Shown piece after piece: positions 40,761 to 53,332 of a stretch of 64,000 nucleotides of DNA. This DNA is from Camelus ferus (lineage: Eukaryota): contig NC_045696.1 of assembly GCF_009834535.1 (NCBI RefSeq), positions 79,858,001 to 79,922,000 of the forward strand, given 5' to 3'. Each line of letters begins with the position of its first letter. Position 1 is the stretch's first letter. Position numbers and translations under genes: made by a program. The notes beneath the pieces are model-generated. The model was not told where the DNA came from, did not search any database, and saw only the letters and a program-made list of their open reading frames with translations.

Positions 40761-41971
40761 GGAACTTTTTTCTTTGTATTTCAAAATTGTTTAATTTAAT
40801 TGAATATGAACTTTTCAACCAAATAGAATAAGAGGTGCTAAAACACTATGAAAGTGAGAAATAATTGTCAACAATCTTCTGCTGCTTCTTGATTTTTCCC
40901 AGATTTTCACTACTGTGCCTTGGCCACTAGCTTTCTGTCCCTATATCACATGTTATCTTCATTGGACAATATAGTATTAGGTTTACCATATAACATTCTC
41001 AGTAATTTATATAGTTCCATCTAAATATTTAGAGCTCAATTTACCTATTGTAAAAATAAAGATTTAAATTAGTCCTAATATAAGTAAGTAACCTGTAAGT
41101 TGACCTTCAAGTAGAAAAAAGTTTAATCTCAGAAAAAAATTATTAATTTGCTGATAAGTTTGAGACTTTTCTGCAGGAATCTGGAACACACAAGACAGTA
41201 GTAGTTGCTAATATGTACGTAAGTAAATAGCAGTAAAGAATTGCTAGATGTGAAAAATAAGCAAATAATATGGGCTATAGACATAGTAGAGAAAGAGGTA
41301 GTTTTATTAAAGAATTTCAGAGGCTTTTGGAAAAAGGTAGGAAAGGAGCTGAATCTTAAGGGTTAGATGATATTAAGCAGGCCTGACATATATACTAGGT
41401 CCCAAATGAATGTTTTAATTTATTCATTCATTAAACAAACATATATTGAGTGCCTATTATGTGTTCTACATTGAACCAGGAAAAATAGATCCAATGTTGG
41501 ATCTATTTTTGTAAATAAGTTTTGTAAATAAATGTTTTTTCTGTTTCCTTTAACCTTCAGAATGCATTAGTACCCCTATTTTACTTATCTCAAACTAAAA
41601 ATAAATAACCTCTACTTACCAACACATCCATGTTTGCTATACAAAAAAGGAATAAAACTAATACTACTATTTTACTATTCTGCACTAATAAAAGATAATT
41701 TTTAAAAAACCTAGTTGTCTTTGTATTCTCTTTTTCTTCTTTAATTTGAAACAACTTGGTTATTGAAAAAGGATCCTTGTCTGGAAGTCATGTGTGATCC
41801 AGTACAAGTTCTAACAGCAACATCTAACCTAAAAAGCAAGCTAGTTTCTGGAGGAGCTTCAGCTAAAAAATAAGAAATGACCAGCATAAGGTGTTTGAGA
41901 AGGTCTGTTCTTAAAGCCCATTTCAGCTCTAAAATCTTATATTATCAGGCACATCCAAATACGATGTCACA

Positions 41972-43008
41972 CTACCTACTGAATGGGAGAAAATATTTGC
42001 AAATGATATGATCAATAAGGGATTTATATCCAAAATATATAAACATCTCATACAACTCAACATCAAAAAACAAACAACCCAATTAAAAAATGAGCAGAAG
42101 ACCTGAATAGACATTTTTCCAAAGAAGACATGCAGATGACCAGTAGGCACATGAAAAGATGCTCAACATCACTACCAGGGAAATGCAAATCAAAACTGCA
42201 ATGAGAGATGACCTCACATCTGTCAGATTGGCTACCATCAAAAAAAAAAAAAACAAACACAAATAACAAATGTTGGCAAGGATGTAAAAAAAAGAGGAAG
42301 CCTCATACACTGTTGCTGGAAACATAAATTGGTGCAGCCACTGCAGAAAACAGTGTGGAGGTTTCTCAAAGAACTAAAAACAGAACTACCATATGACCCA
42401 GCAGTTCCACTCCTGGGTATACATACAAAAAGAAACAAAACCACTAATTCAAAAGGATACATACACTCCAATGTTCATAGCAGCATTATGTACAATTGCC
42501 AAGATATGGAAGCAACCTAAATGTCTATCAACAAATGAATGGATAAAGAATATGCGACATATATATACACCATGGAATACTACTCAGCCATAAAAAAGAA
42601 TGAAAATTTTGCCATTTGCAGCACCATGGATGGACCTGGAGGGTATTACGCTAAGTGAAATAAGTCAGACAAAGAAAGACAAATACAGTATGATATCACT
42701 TATATGTGGAATCTAAAAAATACAACAAACTAGAGAAGATAACAAAAAAGCAGCAGACTCACAGATATAGAGAACAAACTAGAGGTTAGTTAACAGTGGG
42801 GAGAGGGAAGGGGCAATGTAGGGCAGGAATTAAGATGTACAAACTATAATGTATAAAATAAGCTACAAGGATATATTTATAGCACAGGGAATACAGCTAA
42901 TATTTTATAATAACTATAAATGGGCATAACCTTTAATAATTGTGAATCACTACATTCTTATACACCTGTAACTTAAAATATTGTACATCAACTATACTTC
43001 AATAAAAA
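41972..43008 (+). mobile_element. 5'-truncated artiodactyl/camelid L1 (~1 kb: ORF2 C-terminus plus 3'UTR) with TSD
   Basis: ORF remnants [30 protein letters not shown] and [20 protein letters not shown]. Ends in actatacttcAATAAAaaaa. TSD aaatacgatgtcaca (41957-41971) / aaatacg-tgtcaca (43009-43022). Confidence 0.95.
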
Positions 43009-44420
43009 AAATACGTGTCACAAAATTTAAGGAAAAAAAGTAACAGAATTAGAAAAGGCATCCTGAAGATAAGTTTCATGAACTAAACTCCTCTAACTAG
43101 CCCCAACATCAGCTTAGCATACCACACCAATGTCTCAACAGTTATATATTTCTTTCTGCTAGCCAGTCTCTCCCTCATCTTAATTCAAATGCATATATCT
43201 CCCCACTCCCCAAACCGTGCTCTGTTCTAAATCAAAAGTAGGTTTTGGAATATTGCCAGAGTCCCCAGTTCATATCAACTTTAAAGACAGGGCTGCCTCA
43301 AACCACCATGGCAATTACACTGTTGAATGTAAAAATGCCCTACACATCAGAGGGTAGAAATTATGTCTGCATGTATATTGTAGACAGCCATTAAAACTGA
43401 AGAGACTGAACAGAGGGGCTATTTTCACTATCTTTGTAAGTGGAGAAGTTACTATATATCTGCCTCTCAACCACATACAATCCCTACCACCCTGGCCAGT
43501 TATTCATTTAGTGATCTTAAACAGGAAATGGAAATTTCAGAATGTAAAAATTTGAGAACCAGTCTACACTTACTCTCCTACATTACTGACTTACAAACTC
43601 TCAAATGCAGAAAAATAGACCATTGCTTTGGTGAGCTCAAGAACACCTTTCAGCTGTATTAGGACTATTTTTCATATCATCAACTCAGCAAGAAAAAAAA
43701 AAGGCATAAAGCTCTATACTATATGATAGCTCATACTGGGATATATCACTTTGAATAAAAGTGTTTGCACATGTTATTCTACAATAGTATCACCTCTGCA
43801 GAACTAGAGAGGGTTGGAAATAACTTGTCAACCGTACTTGCATTCATGCTTCTGTTACCTGACACTCATCTTCTGTTATCAGCCACTCTCTTCTTCTCAA
43901 ACACCCTCAGACTTCATCACAATTCTGAACTAATTAGCAAAAACAGAAAGTCCCTAGTCAGGCTGGAAATTAGCCATTTTGAAGCAGTGATTCTTGTGTA
44001 TTTGAATATTGCTCCTGAAGTAATAGTATTATTCCAAGAAGAATTTTAGAGTAAACTCTAGTGCACTTCCCAAGGCCCCAGTCCCTTAGATCCAGGACTA
44101 GATTTAATAGCGCCAAGAGCAGAGCTAGATTTAATAGCACCAAAAAACAAAACCAAACAAGGCATCCTCTTCCACGCCTGTTTACTTTTCCTGTTTTCTC
44201 ACCTTTGTTTTCAGCCCTGTTCTCAGCTGTGTGGGTTATCTTACGTGCAGCTTTATCTCCTGCAACGTGAGGAACAGAACCAACTCTGGTCTGCATCACT
44301 TAGCAAAGTGGAGTGAAAAAAGGCAGTAACAGCTAATTTTGTTGCAGAACTCCCACCAACCAAGTACAGAGCAACCGCACTAAACAGGGGCAAGCTGCCT
44401 GATCAGCTCATGCCCTACTT

Positions 44421-45831
44421 TGACTGTTCTTTTTAAATTCTTTCTTTTTTTCCTTTCTTTCTTTCAGTCACAAACCCCTCTGAGAGTCTGATTCAGATGA
44501 CAAGCATCAACTAGAAAATACTCATAAACACATACACAGAAGAAATGTGCTTCTTACTTATCAACTTGCATTGGAAATTGATCTACACCTAGTTCCTAAA
44601 GCAGCATTGACAGAGAATCATGGCTTTTCCACGCTTGTGAGAAGGTTATACAATTTTTCTAGAATAAGAACCTGAAATACCATATTTGACACTGCATCAG
44701 TGTCAACGTTCCATTTGAGGGCAATAAGAGGTAAAATTCTGCTTCACAAAGTCTCTAGTAGCAAATGGAGTCAGAGCTCCTGTAGCTCACGATATCTCAT
44801 GTGCTTCATGTGTCAAGAAATCCCCGAATTCATGTTACATCATTTCCTTTGTCCTCAGATTATCTTTATTAACTCTTTAACATCAAGGCTATCTCTGTCA
44901 GCAATGGGTTTCAATTTTAAAGTCATCTGGACAAAAAGTGACCTTCATAAGAGATAAGCCATTTGCAGAGTGTCTGTAGATTTTTGTCCCCAGAAACTCT
45001 TAAGACTTTGTCAGTCTCACCTTCAGCATTGGAAAATTCATCTTTTTCATCCAGTCACCTCATTTAGAATAGAAGCCCAACCAAAAAAGCTCATTATTCT
45101 TCAGCAATATTTCTGATAGTAAATTCAGCATTTCAATCAAAAGATTTGCCTCATTTATGTGACTAAGATATGAGCCATTATAAAGCTAGTCCTAGAATGA
45201 ACTTCTCACCACCAATTTGTTCTAAGATGGGGTTTTCTTTTCTCTTAAAAATTTTAAGGAATTAACCAAACCAAATCTCTCCTAAATCTCTTCTCTGGAT
45301 TGCCAACAAAATTCTCTCATAGAAAAGAATCTCATGGGGTGCTCTTGTATCTTGACAAAGATTTACTGAAAAGGCACTGATTTGAGTTCTTGGCTCTGAG
45401 GAAGTTGAAGGTTTTCACAGAAGTAGAAAGACCTCTTTGGGGATTGTTGGAAGGGTTGTTGACACCAACACAAGCCCATGTAAAAAGCCTGACATGTGGA
45501 GCATCTTTCCTCAGTGAAGCAGCAGAAGCTGAGGCAGTGCCAACTTCTCGGGTCCTCCATCTGTGCAGAGAATACCAAGACTTTCCATCCAATTCAAGTT
45601 GTATTTGGCAATGAAATGTGCACCATCTTACAGATATCAATGGCCTAAATGGTTTCCAAAGAGAGCTCACCAAAAAGAAATATTTCAAAGGACAAAATCA
45701 GGAGCTGGCAGCACTGACAAACTAAAGATTTTCCCCAGGGACATGCTTGAGCAAGATGGTGCATAGTGTGTAGTCCCCTAAGGCCCTTCCATGGCTTTCA
45801 GGGGTTCACAGACCACAGGATAAGACCCTTG
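44421..45831 (-). mobile_element. Charlie4-like hAT DNA transposon, internally deleted, with a frameshifted transposase fossil
   Basis: Minus-strand peptides across frames: EIFLFGELSLETI*AIDI, NWMESLGILCTDGGP (CTDG 45556-45567), LSTSVKTFNFLRAK, EKFILGLA, PFAT..LCEA (44740-44768). Charlie4-like ends at 45775-45831 and 44421-44535. Confidence 0.85.
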
Positions 45832-46059
45832 CACTACTCTTTGCAACAGCCCCTTTTCTCTTTGGTATTGGGCCTAACGGGAGAGATTTACTGCTTCCAG
45901 CACTCTAAGTGAAAAACAGCACCCAGAATGATAGTGTCATGTAGTGCCTCCTCCAACCGCACTGCAGTCATTCAAGCTGGAAACCTTTCCAATCCAGTGT
46001 CTCCAGACTCCTCTTAATTAAGTGGATAGCTTTCTTCTCTACTCTCAGATTGTATCTGT

Positions 46060-46170
46060 CACTCATTCTCATTCAGCAAATATTTATGAAGCACTCATTA
46101 GTGACTGCATTAGGCACTGTGCTATGTAGGGGAAATACAGCAGTGAACAAAACAGACATCACCTTGTTTC
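46060..46170 (-). mobile_element. L2 3' end
   Basis: cattcagcaaatatttatgaagcac...taggcactgtgctatgtaggggaaatacagcagtgaacaaaacagac. Confidence 0.75.
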
Positions 46171-47664
46171 AAAAGCAATATAATTCCAGCACAAAATATT
46201 TACAAAGAAAAACAACTAGTACTTAAATTAGACACCCCTTCTTAATCTGGTTTTCTTCTATAGTACCATCAAAGTGAATTGCAAAAAGCAGCTTAGTAAA
46301 CATATATGTTAAGTTAATCAGTCAACCAAATTAAATACTGGTTTTGCATGAAACTCAAACCAATAAAGTTGAGAATTTGGAATAGTTGTTTTGTTTTCAA
46401 TTTAAAAATTCAGTCCTTGTATTAATTTGACAAGTATGTGTGTGTGTGTCTGTGTGTTTTAAATTCTAAATTGTGGATACCTTTTGTGCTTTAGTTGAGT
46501 TTGGGATTCATCAGAATATTTGGAGAAGACTGCCTTTTTCCAGAAGTTTTTTACTTCACTGATTTCTGTGCTCACAAATTTTTCCATGCAAATTCTAAGG
46601 TTTTAGCTATTAGCTTCTTCTTTCACAAGTAGCTATCAAGGTAGCAGCACGCTAATGCATTTCTGTGCACTAACCAGAGAATGGTGTAGGACAGCTTAAC
46701 ACTGAACGGAAGCTGATCTCTTAGGCTACCTTTTTCATTCCAGTTCTTTGTTTATCTTCTTGATAGGGTAAAATCATTCCAGTATTAGTCATTTACCTGG
46801 TAAAATGTGTGATATCTCAACCTCCAAATAAAAATAAGATCTTCAACATGAAATTACAGGCAAAGTAAGGTCAAGGATCCACCAAAAAAAAAAATTTATC
46901 TTTAAAAAAAACAAAAATTTATTATCTTTAACAAAACACCTACATGTTCAGGAGAAGGGAAAAAAATGTGTTCTCTCTAAAGATTTGCTTCCCTGTGAAA
47001 AATTTTTCCACAGAGAGAACAAAATAGAAGTACCATATGAGCATTTCTCTTAATGGCCTACGTTTATAGTCTATTTATTTGGCCGGTCAAGCAGAGAGTT
47101 TATAAAATATTTGGACAGGAAGTGTCTGAGAACAAGTAAGGGATTATAGTATTTAGATCAGATATAATTTGAGAAGCGCCAAAGCCACTCACCTAAAAAT
47201 ATTTTCCCTATCAATTGCCATATATTGTGCTTAAATTCCCACCATTTGGCATTAAGTCTCTAGTCCTCCCCAAGTAATATGAAAAAGAAATCTTAAAAAA
47301 AAGAAATTTTATCTAGAAGTGTTTAACCTGTTAATTGGTGACCCCTTGACACAGGTGTGGGAATTAGTTTGAGACTTTCTTAGTCTCTTCGGAAACATGA
47401 AAACAGAATCCTGAAGGTACACGATGGAAGGAAAGGTAAGCTCTGATGAGGAAAGGTGACCGTGCTCTGGAATACAGGGAAAGTAGACTGAACAGAAGGA
47501 CCTTATGAAGCTCATGGGTATCTGTGCTTAACTCAGTGGAGGAAAGGAAGCAAAAGGAAACAGGCAATGTAAAGCAGTAAATGAGATCAAGCCTAAGAGT
47601 CATGATATATAACTTAAATAGTTTCAATGCAAGGATTCAATTTTGGATGAAGTCGCTTCATTCC

Positions 47665-48104
47665 TGTATTAGTCAGCTACTGCTACAATAATACTATATA
47701 ACAAATCACTCTGAGACCCAGTGACTTATAATAATAAGCCAGTTAGCTTGGGTTTGTCTGATCTAGGCTGGTCTTAGCTGGGCTCTGCTAAGCTTACCTC
47801 TAAGCTGCAAAGAGGCCCAAGTGTGATCCACATGTCTCTTATCCTCCTTTGACCTGTAACTACTTGATGTCTGTTCTTACAGCAAAATGCAGGATTCTGA
47901 GAGTAAGCAAAACCAGTAAGGCACATTTTAAGCCTCTGCTCCCGCCATGCTTGCTAACATCCCATTAGCCAAAGAAAACCATATGGTCAAGCCCAAGGAC
48001 AAGGAGTAAGACTCTTCTGCTTACTGCAAAGCCATGACAAAGCTGTGGATGTGATATCGTTTTAGGGAGGGAGCAAGTTGAGATCAACAACTCAATCTAC
48101 CACA
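47665..48104 (-). mobile_element. Old MaLR solo LTR (MLT1 family)
   Basis: tgtattagtcagctactgctacaataatactatataacaaatcactc ... ttgctaacatcccattagccaaag...aatctaccaca. Confidence 0.75.
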
Positions 48105-48157
48105 ACTGCTCTAGACTTTAGTTTATACTGTTTTATGATGACGAAGTTGGCTTAGGA

Positions 48158-48311
48158 AAATGGTTCTCAAACACTGGTCTAGTGACCATCTGTATAAGAG
48201 TCACTTGGGAAAACATCTGAAATATTGGATTCCCAGAGTTGAGTGAGGGCCTAAAAGTCATATTTGTCTACTGCCCCTTCCAGGTGATTCTGATGCACAA
48301 CCATGGGCTAG
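48158..48311. mobile_element. MER5A-like MITE remnant
   Basis: atggttctcaaacactggtc...gagtcacttggg...ccaggtgattctgatgcaca. Confidence 0.6.
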
Positions 48312-49593
48312 ATGTTCTCTGAGACCATTTATAATTTTTTAAGTTAATGACCAATTCAGCCAACCATGGAGTTTATGCAGGACTTTCCTAGGTGCAAAGG
48401 TAGAGTGGCCAACGAGCTGTAAAGGTGATGTTGACTACCTGAAAATGCCACAGATATAATCCACAAGCCCCAGATTCCTCCCCTCCTACATGCTCCACTC
48501 TAGAAATGCCCCCAGTAAGTGAGGCAAACCGTGCTTCCATTTTTAAACATCAACAACTGCTCTCCCCTTCTCGCCATGATATAAGTCAGGTTTTCCTGCC
48601 CACCTCCCATCCCCAAAGCAAATTCCTTGGCTGCCTCAGGGTCCTCTCTTGCATTCAATGTTATATCTAGACAACAATGGGCATCCTTGCAATGTTTTTT
48701 AGTCACCTGCCTACAAAGAGACTTGTCCATTAAGCTAGGTAATATTAAAATTCTCATTTCATGAATTCTCATATTTTTCAGTCAGAAGGCAGGCTAAAGA
48801 GGAAGCATCCAAATTAAGATGAGAGGTATAAGAGAGCTGCTTTTCCTGGGTCTTGGAAAAAGATAAATGTAGAAATGAATTTCTCCTCTAATTATTCATT
48901 CCTGTTTATATATTCTTTAATGATATGTTTCTATGGTTACCAGCGTTGTTAAACGCTGCCTGTGTTTCATTTTGCTTTGATGCTATTTGAGGTAGTGTGC
49001 CAGGAGGCGAGGTTCACTTTTAAATGAAAGATATAATTGAGGCATCTATTCGATACAAGGTTGAGTGTTCCCAGAAAGGAGATAGTGACCGTGACATTAT
49101 TTTCCGTTTGTACAGTTTTGTGTGGTTTTTCTATGGATGGTCTGTGAGAGTCTCAGGCATTGGGAAGGAAGGAAGAAAGGAAGGAAATGGAGGAAGAAGA
49201 GAGGGAGGGAGGGAGGGAGAAAGGAACCTGAACCATGCACATGTTAAATCCACACGTACGTATCAGTGCGGGTATACGTATTTGGTGGCACTGATTTGGC
49301 CAGACCGTCAAGTGGGTGAGGCTGCGTCTCCCTGCCCCCACCTCCCTCCTCACCGCACTGTCCCTCTTCCTCAGTCCCACACAACCATGGCAAGAGCCAA
49401 AGCTGTCTTTGAAAAATGAGTCGAACATTCAGTTACTTCCCCTCAGTGTGAATTCTAGTCCGAGTGCCACCTTTTCGGAGGTTGTCTGCCTTCAGAGCCC
49501 TAATTGTCACTGAGAAATAAACAGATCTGTCTCCTGCTAAAACAGTGTCAGACATCCAGGTCAGGGAAGAATTGGGGGACGGTGCCTCAGAAT

Positions 49594-49614
49594 GTGCCCT
49601 GCAGGGGGCAGCAC
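49594..49614 (+). promoter_or_regulatory. Candidate CTCF binding site
   Basis: GTGCCCTGCAGGGGGCAGCAC closely matches the CTCF core consensus CCASYAGRKGGCRS, with T instead of A at core position 3. It lies in apparently non-repeat, CpG-retaining sequence. Confidence 0.55.
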
Positions 49615-51564
49615 ACTTCACTCGGGCCTCAGCCCTACCGGCTGCAAGAGTGGCGTCACCGCAGGCAAGAAAATTAATCCTCACCCACTCCTGAGAAATA
49701 GCTACTTAATACTCTTCTTCAGAAATATATATATATTTTTTTCATGGTGCTGGTTCAGTTTTGCAGTAATAACCATAGGTGATTATTAAATAGAGTCAGC
49801 TTTTCCTTTTCTTTTTTTCCCCTTCCTAAAAAGCTTTTTGGGTTTCCGACAGTTCTCAAGGGAGAAAAAAAAAAAGTTACTTCTAAATTTCTTTTTCTTT
49901 TTTTCTCATTTGAAAATGATGTGGGTTTCCGAGATCTAAGGCAATCCGAGCCTTCTTTTACTTCAACAAATTTAGGTCTAGCCACTTGACTCCCAGAAGT
50001 CCTGTGGCTATTCTGCTAGGTTGCCATGAGGTTATTTTGTTCACATAGAGGCTTGCCTTCCAGTTTAAATTTGTGAACTTGTTGATTCCTTCTTTGTTTT
50101 TGTTTGCATCCGAAAATCAAAAATTGTTACGAGCAAAACCAAATTTAGAGAGGTTTATGGTTATCTTTTATATTTCCCATAGATTTTTTATGGGTTATTG
50201 ATTTACAACCTTGCAGAGAAATTGAGGTCACTTTTTTTTTAGCAGTTGGAGATGTGGAATAACTATTCCATGAAATCATGAAATATTTTAAGCTGTGTGC
50301 ACCCAGGTATAAGATAATCAGTAAAGCTCAAAGCTTTTAATGTTTTTATTTATATTCAGCCATTCTTTCAGTGGTGTTGCACACCAATTAAAAATCAATT
50401 CTCCTCTTTTCTTGAAGTCATATGATTGTATTTTCCTCACTAATTTTTTAACATTGCCTACCCTTCCTGTGCCATAGTTCCTGGTGGAATCACTTCTTTT
50501 TCATAATCTCCCCTCTTCCAAATAATGAGACCTTGGCATTTTAAATATCAACTTCTAACATGCAGTATGGTTAACTTTTTTTCAGGATCATAAAGTAACT
50601 GTTAACCTAACCTATTTTTATCCAAGAAAGTACAGGTGCTATTTTATATGGCACGGTCTAAACTAGGACTTAGCAACGTACAAAAGACAGTAATAAACCT
50701 CCAGAAGACTTTGGGAGGACTATTTCAAGCCCAAACCTAAAGGGATGGAAAACATCATAATTAGCATGGAAAGTCTTCATTTTATTTATTCTTTATCAGG
50801 TGGAGGTGGGCCTGCTTTAACATTCACATATAAGACACAAATCAGAGATAAAACTAGAGACTCGACAGATAACCTGGAAGTAGCGTGGCAGGTCTCTTGA
50901 AGACAGCATTTCATTTCATTTCGTATCACTTGAAGTTGTCATGTGTTTTTGTTGTCACAGAGTGTATGTGCATGTGTGCGTGCATGTGTATGTATACACT
51001 TTTTTATATACACACTCTGACAAGCCTGTTACATTTCTCAGTAGCAATTATCCCCCTTCTGAGACATCTTGATGACGGGAAGGTATTTATAGGGGGACAT
51101 TTGCCCCATAATATCATTCTCCTGTAACCCGTTGCCTTCTAAAATACAAAGTCCTCGGTAAGGAGCTACAGCCCAGAAAAGATTAATTAAAGGCAAATGA
51201 AAGACATAGGAAGAAAAAGAAGAGGTATCTGGTGTCTAGGCAAGATTGAAACTTGAGGGAGAAAAGAAATTCCGGGGAGGTAGGTGTACACCAAGGACAA
51301 ACTTTGAGTAATGGACTCTAGCACTATAGGCACATTTCTACACAGCACAGTAGCCCCTTTCACTGGCTTCCAGATAGATCAACACCCGTCTTTGGTCTGC
51401 GCACCACCAGGGCCATGGAGCTACTTGCTTCCAAAATGACCAGTTCTCTCGCTGGAAGGCTCTATCTATTAGAACTTTTTTCCTCCTGCTAAGGATTCTT
51501 ATATTTGTAATCCCGTCTTAGGGCTGAACAGGGCTATCGACCTCATTTATGAGTCCGCGTGGCA

Positions 51565-51790
51565 TAAATGGCTCAGAGGACAAGGCTCCGACTGATATAA
51601 AACTGACTTGAATCCCAGCTCGGTCACTAAGCAGCCATGAGACCTCCTACATCTTGTAATAGATAAAGACTGAGGTTTTCTCATTTGTTAAGTGGGATAA
51701 TAATGCTTGTTTTCCAGTGTTGCCTTAACAAATAAACAAAATAATATATCTATAGCACTTTGCCAATGCACAGTGAACACATTTAATTAA
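51565..51790 (+). mobile_element. MIR SINE
   Basis: ttgaatcccagctcggtcactaagcagc...ttttctcatttgttaagtgggataataatgc...tatagcactttgcc. Confidence 0.65.
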
Positions 51791-53256
51791 TTAATGAGTT
51801 TTCCAGATTTATCAGTAAATTATCAACAAAACCTACACAGGCAGAGTACAAGCGCAGGTTCCTCTCTGGTAACAGTTCGTCCGTACAACCTAAGTCTTGT
51901 CTCCAAATTAAACATCCTTGGACTCTTTCAACCTCTTCTCCAATACACACTTTTTTCAAGGGCACCTTGAGTTTTCCACTCAAAGTCATCTTACGTAGTA
52001 ACCCAAGAGATAAGACAAACTCTTGGTGGAAAAAACAGTACAAGTCTGGGAACCCAGTTACCGAGTTCTTGTCCCAATCTTACCATTAAATCTACTGTGT
52101 GTACCAGCAAGCCACACCCAATCTAAAAGCACCAGTCAAGAAATACAATCAGAAATAACATACTTACCATTAAGGAAAGGAATACCTACTTTTGTAAAAC
52201 TAAATGAAGCATAGAGATGAAATGTACAATGACAAAAAAGGGTTCAAACTGCGTTGACATTTACCACTGAACACAGAGGCTAAAGCTCATTAGCAATACC
52301 CAGTTGTGCTTATGAAATAATTACCAGTAAAGCAGCTACGTATTCCTGTGATACCTTTTGGTGATTCATTTTAAGTCATCAAGAATGAAAGCTCTGTGGG
52401 ATCCTAAAGAGTCTGGAGGCTGCTGAAACCCACACTTGTAGTTCTGAGTTTCTATCTGTTGGTGTTTCTCTAATGTGCAAGCATAAAATTATTCAGGGTC
52501 TTTAGAACAAGAACACACTTTAAATTCTATTTATAAATTATATGTGCTTTGCCATTAAATAAGCTAGACCAACCCAAGCACATTATTAACTTCCCCTATC
52601 AAGGAGCCTTTCATTTAATTTTTGTAAATATTTCTCTTTGAGACAGGCATGCTAAATGATAGCATATCCTAAATCTAATGAGCAGCCAGTGGACAAAACA
52701 GTCTTATTGTGGCCAGTAGGTGTGAAGGATGAATATTCTGTTTTGTGTTAGGATTACTGTAATGAGGGGATCTTGACCTGGTTTAGTTTTGATGTGGCCT
52801 ATTTGTTTCTTTTTTAGCATTAAAGTCAAATTTTTCTTGTCTTTGAAGACAGGGATAAGATAATCATGGAAAAAGAAAGAGGAAAGTAATATTTGATATT
52901 ATACAATTTAATTACGATAAAAATTCAGTGTAAGACAAAGTACTGGCTTAGAAGACTTGTGTTCTTGTCTTGCTTCTGTCTCTTAATTTTCTGACCTCAT
53001 GTGACTCACCAGAACTAACAAGTCTCATTTCCTTGGTAACAGTTGAGTGATTTTAAAATAATACCTGAGCCCCCTTCCATCTCTTTAGTTCCATGCTGAA
53101 GGGACATGGAAATAAAATTGTGCTACAAAATATAAATGATTAAAAATTAATACAGAGTAAATTTGGGGCATTAAATGCTGAAGTTATTCAGCTAATGGAA
53201 GTATATAATCACAACCTTAACCCTAATCCTAATCAGACTGGATAGTGAACACTGGA

Positions 53257-53332
53257 GTGCACGTGCGCACGCGCGCAGACACAGACACACACACACACAC
53301 ACACACAAAATATATGGACACACACACACATG
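53257..53332. repeat. Alternating purine-pyrimidine tract: (CG/CA)-rich run followed by (CA)n
   Basis: gtgcacgtgcgcacgcgcgca gacacagacacacacacacacacacacaca. Confidence 0.9.

Noticed and set aside
41929..42593. Cluster of overlapping ORFs
   Set aside because: Sense and antisense frames of the L1 ORF2 C-terminus, broken by frameshifts.
45332..45766. 118-aa and overlapping ORFs as a domesticated transposase or new gene
   Set aside because: The transposase motifs are scattered over different frames with stops and the N-terminus is deleted, so it is a fossil.
49024..49419. 131-aa ATG ORF, the longest in the window
   Set aside because: It runs through a low-complexity purine tract, resembles no protein I know and has no clear exon structure. 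A chance ORF in GC-richer DNA is the likelier explanation.
53212..53234. Interstitial telomeric repeat (aaccttaaccctaatcctaatc)
   Set aside because: Only one perfect CCCTAA among 3-4 degenerate units, which is compatible with chance.
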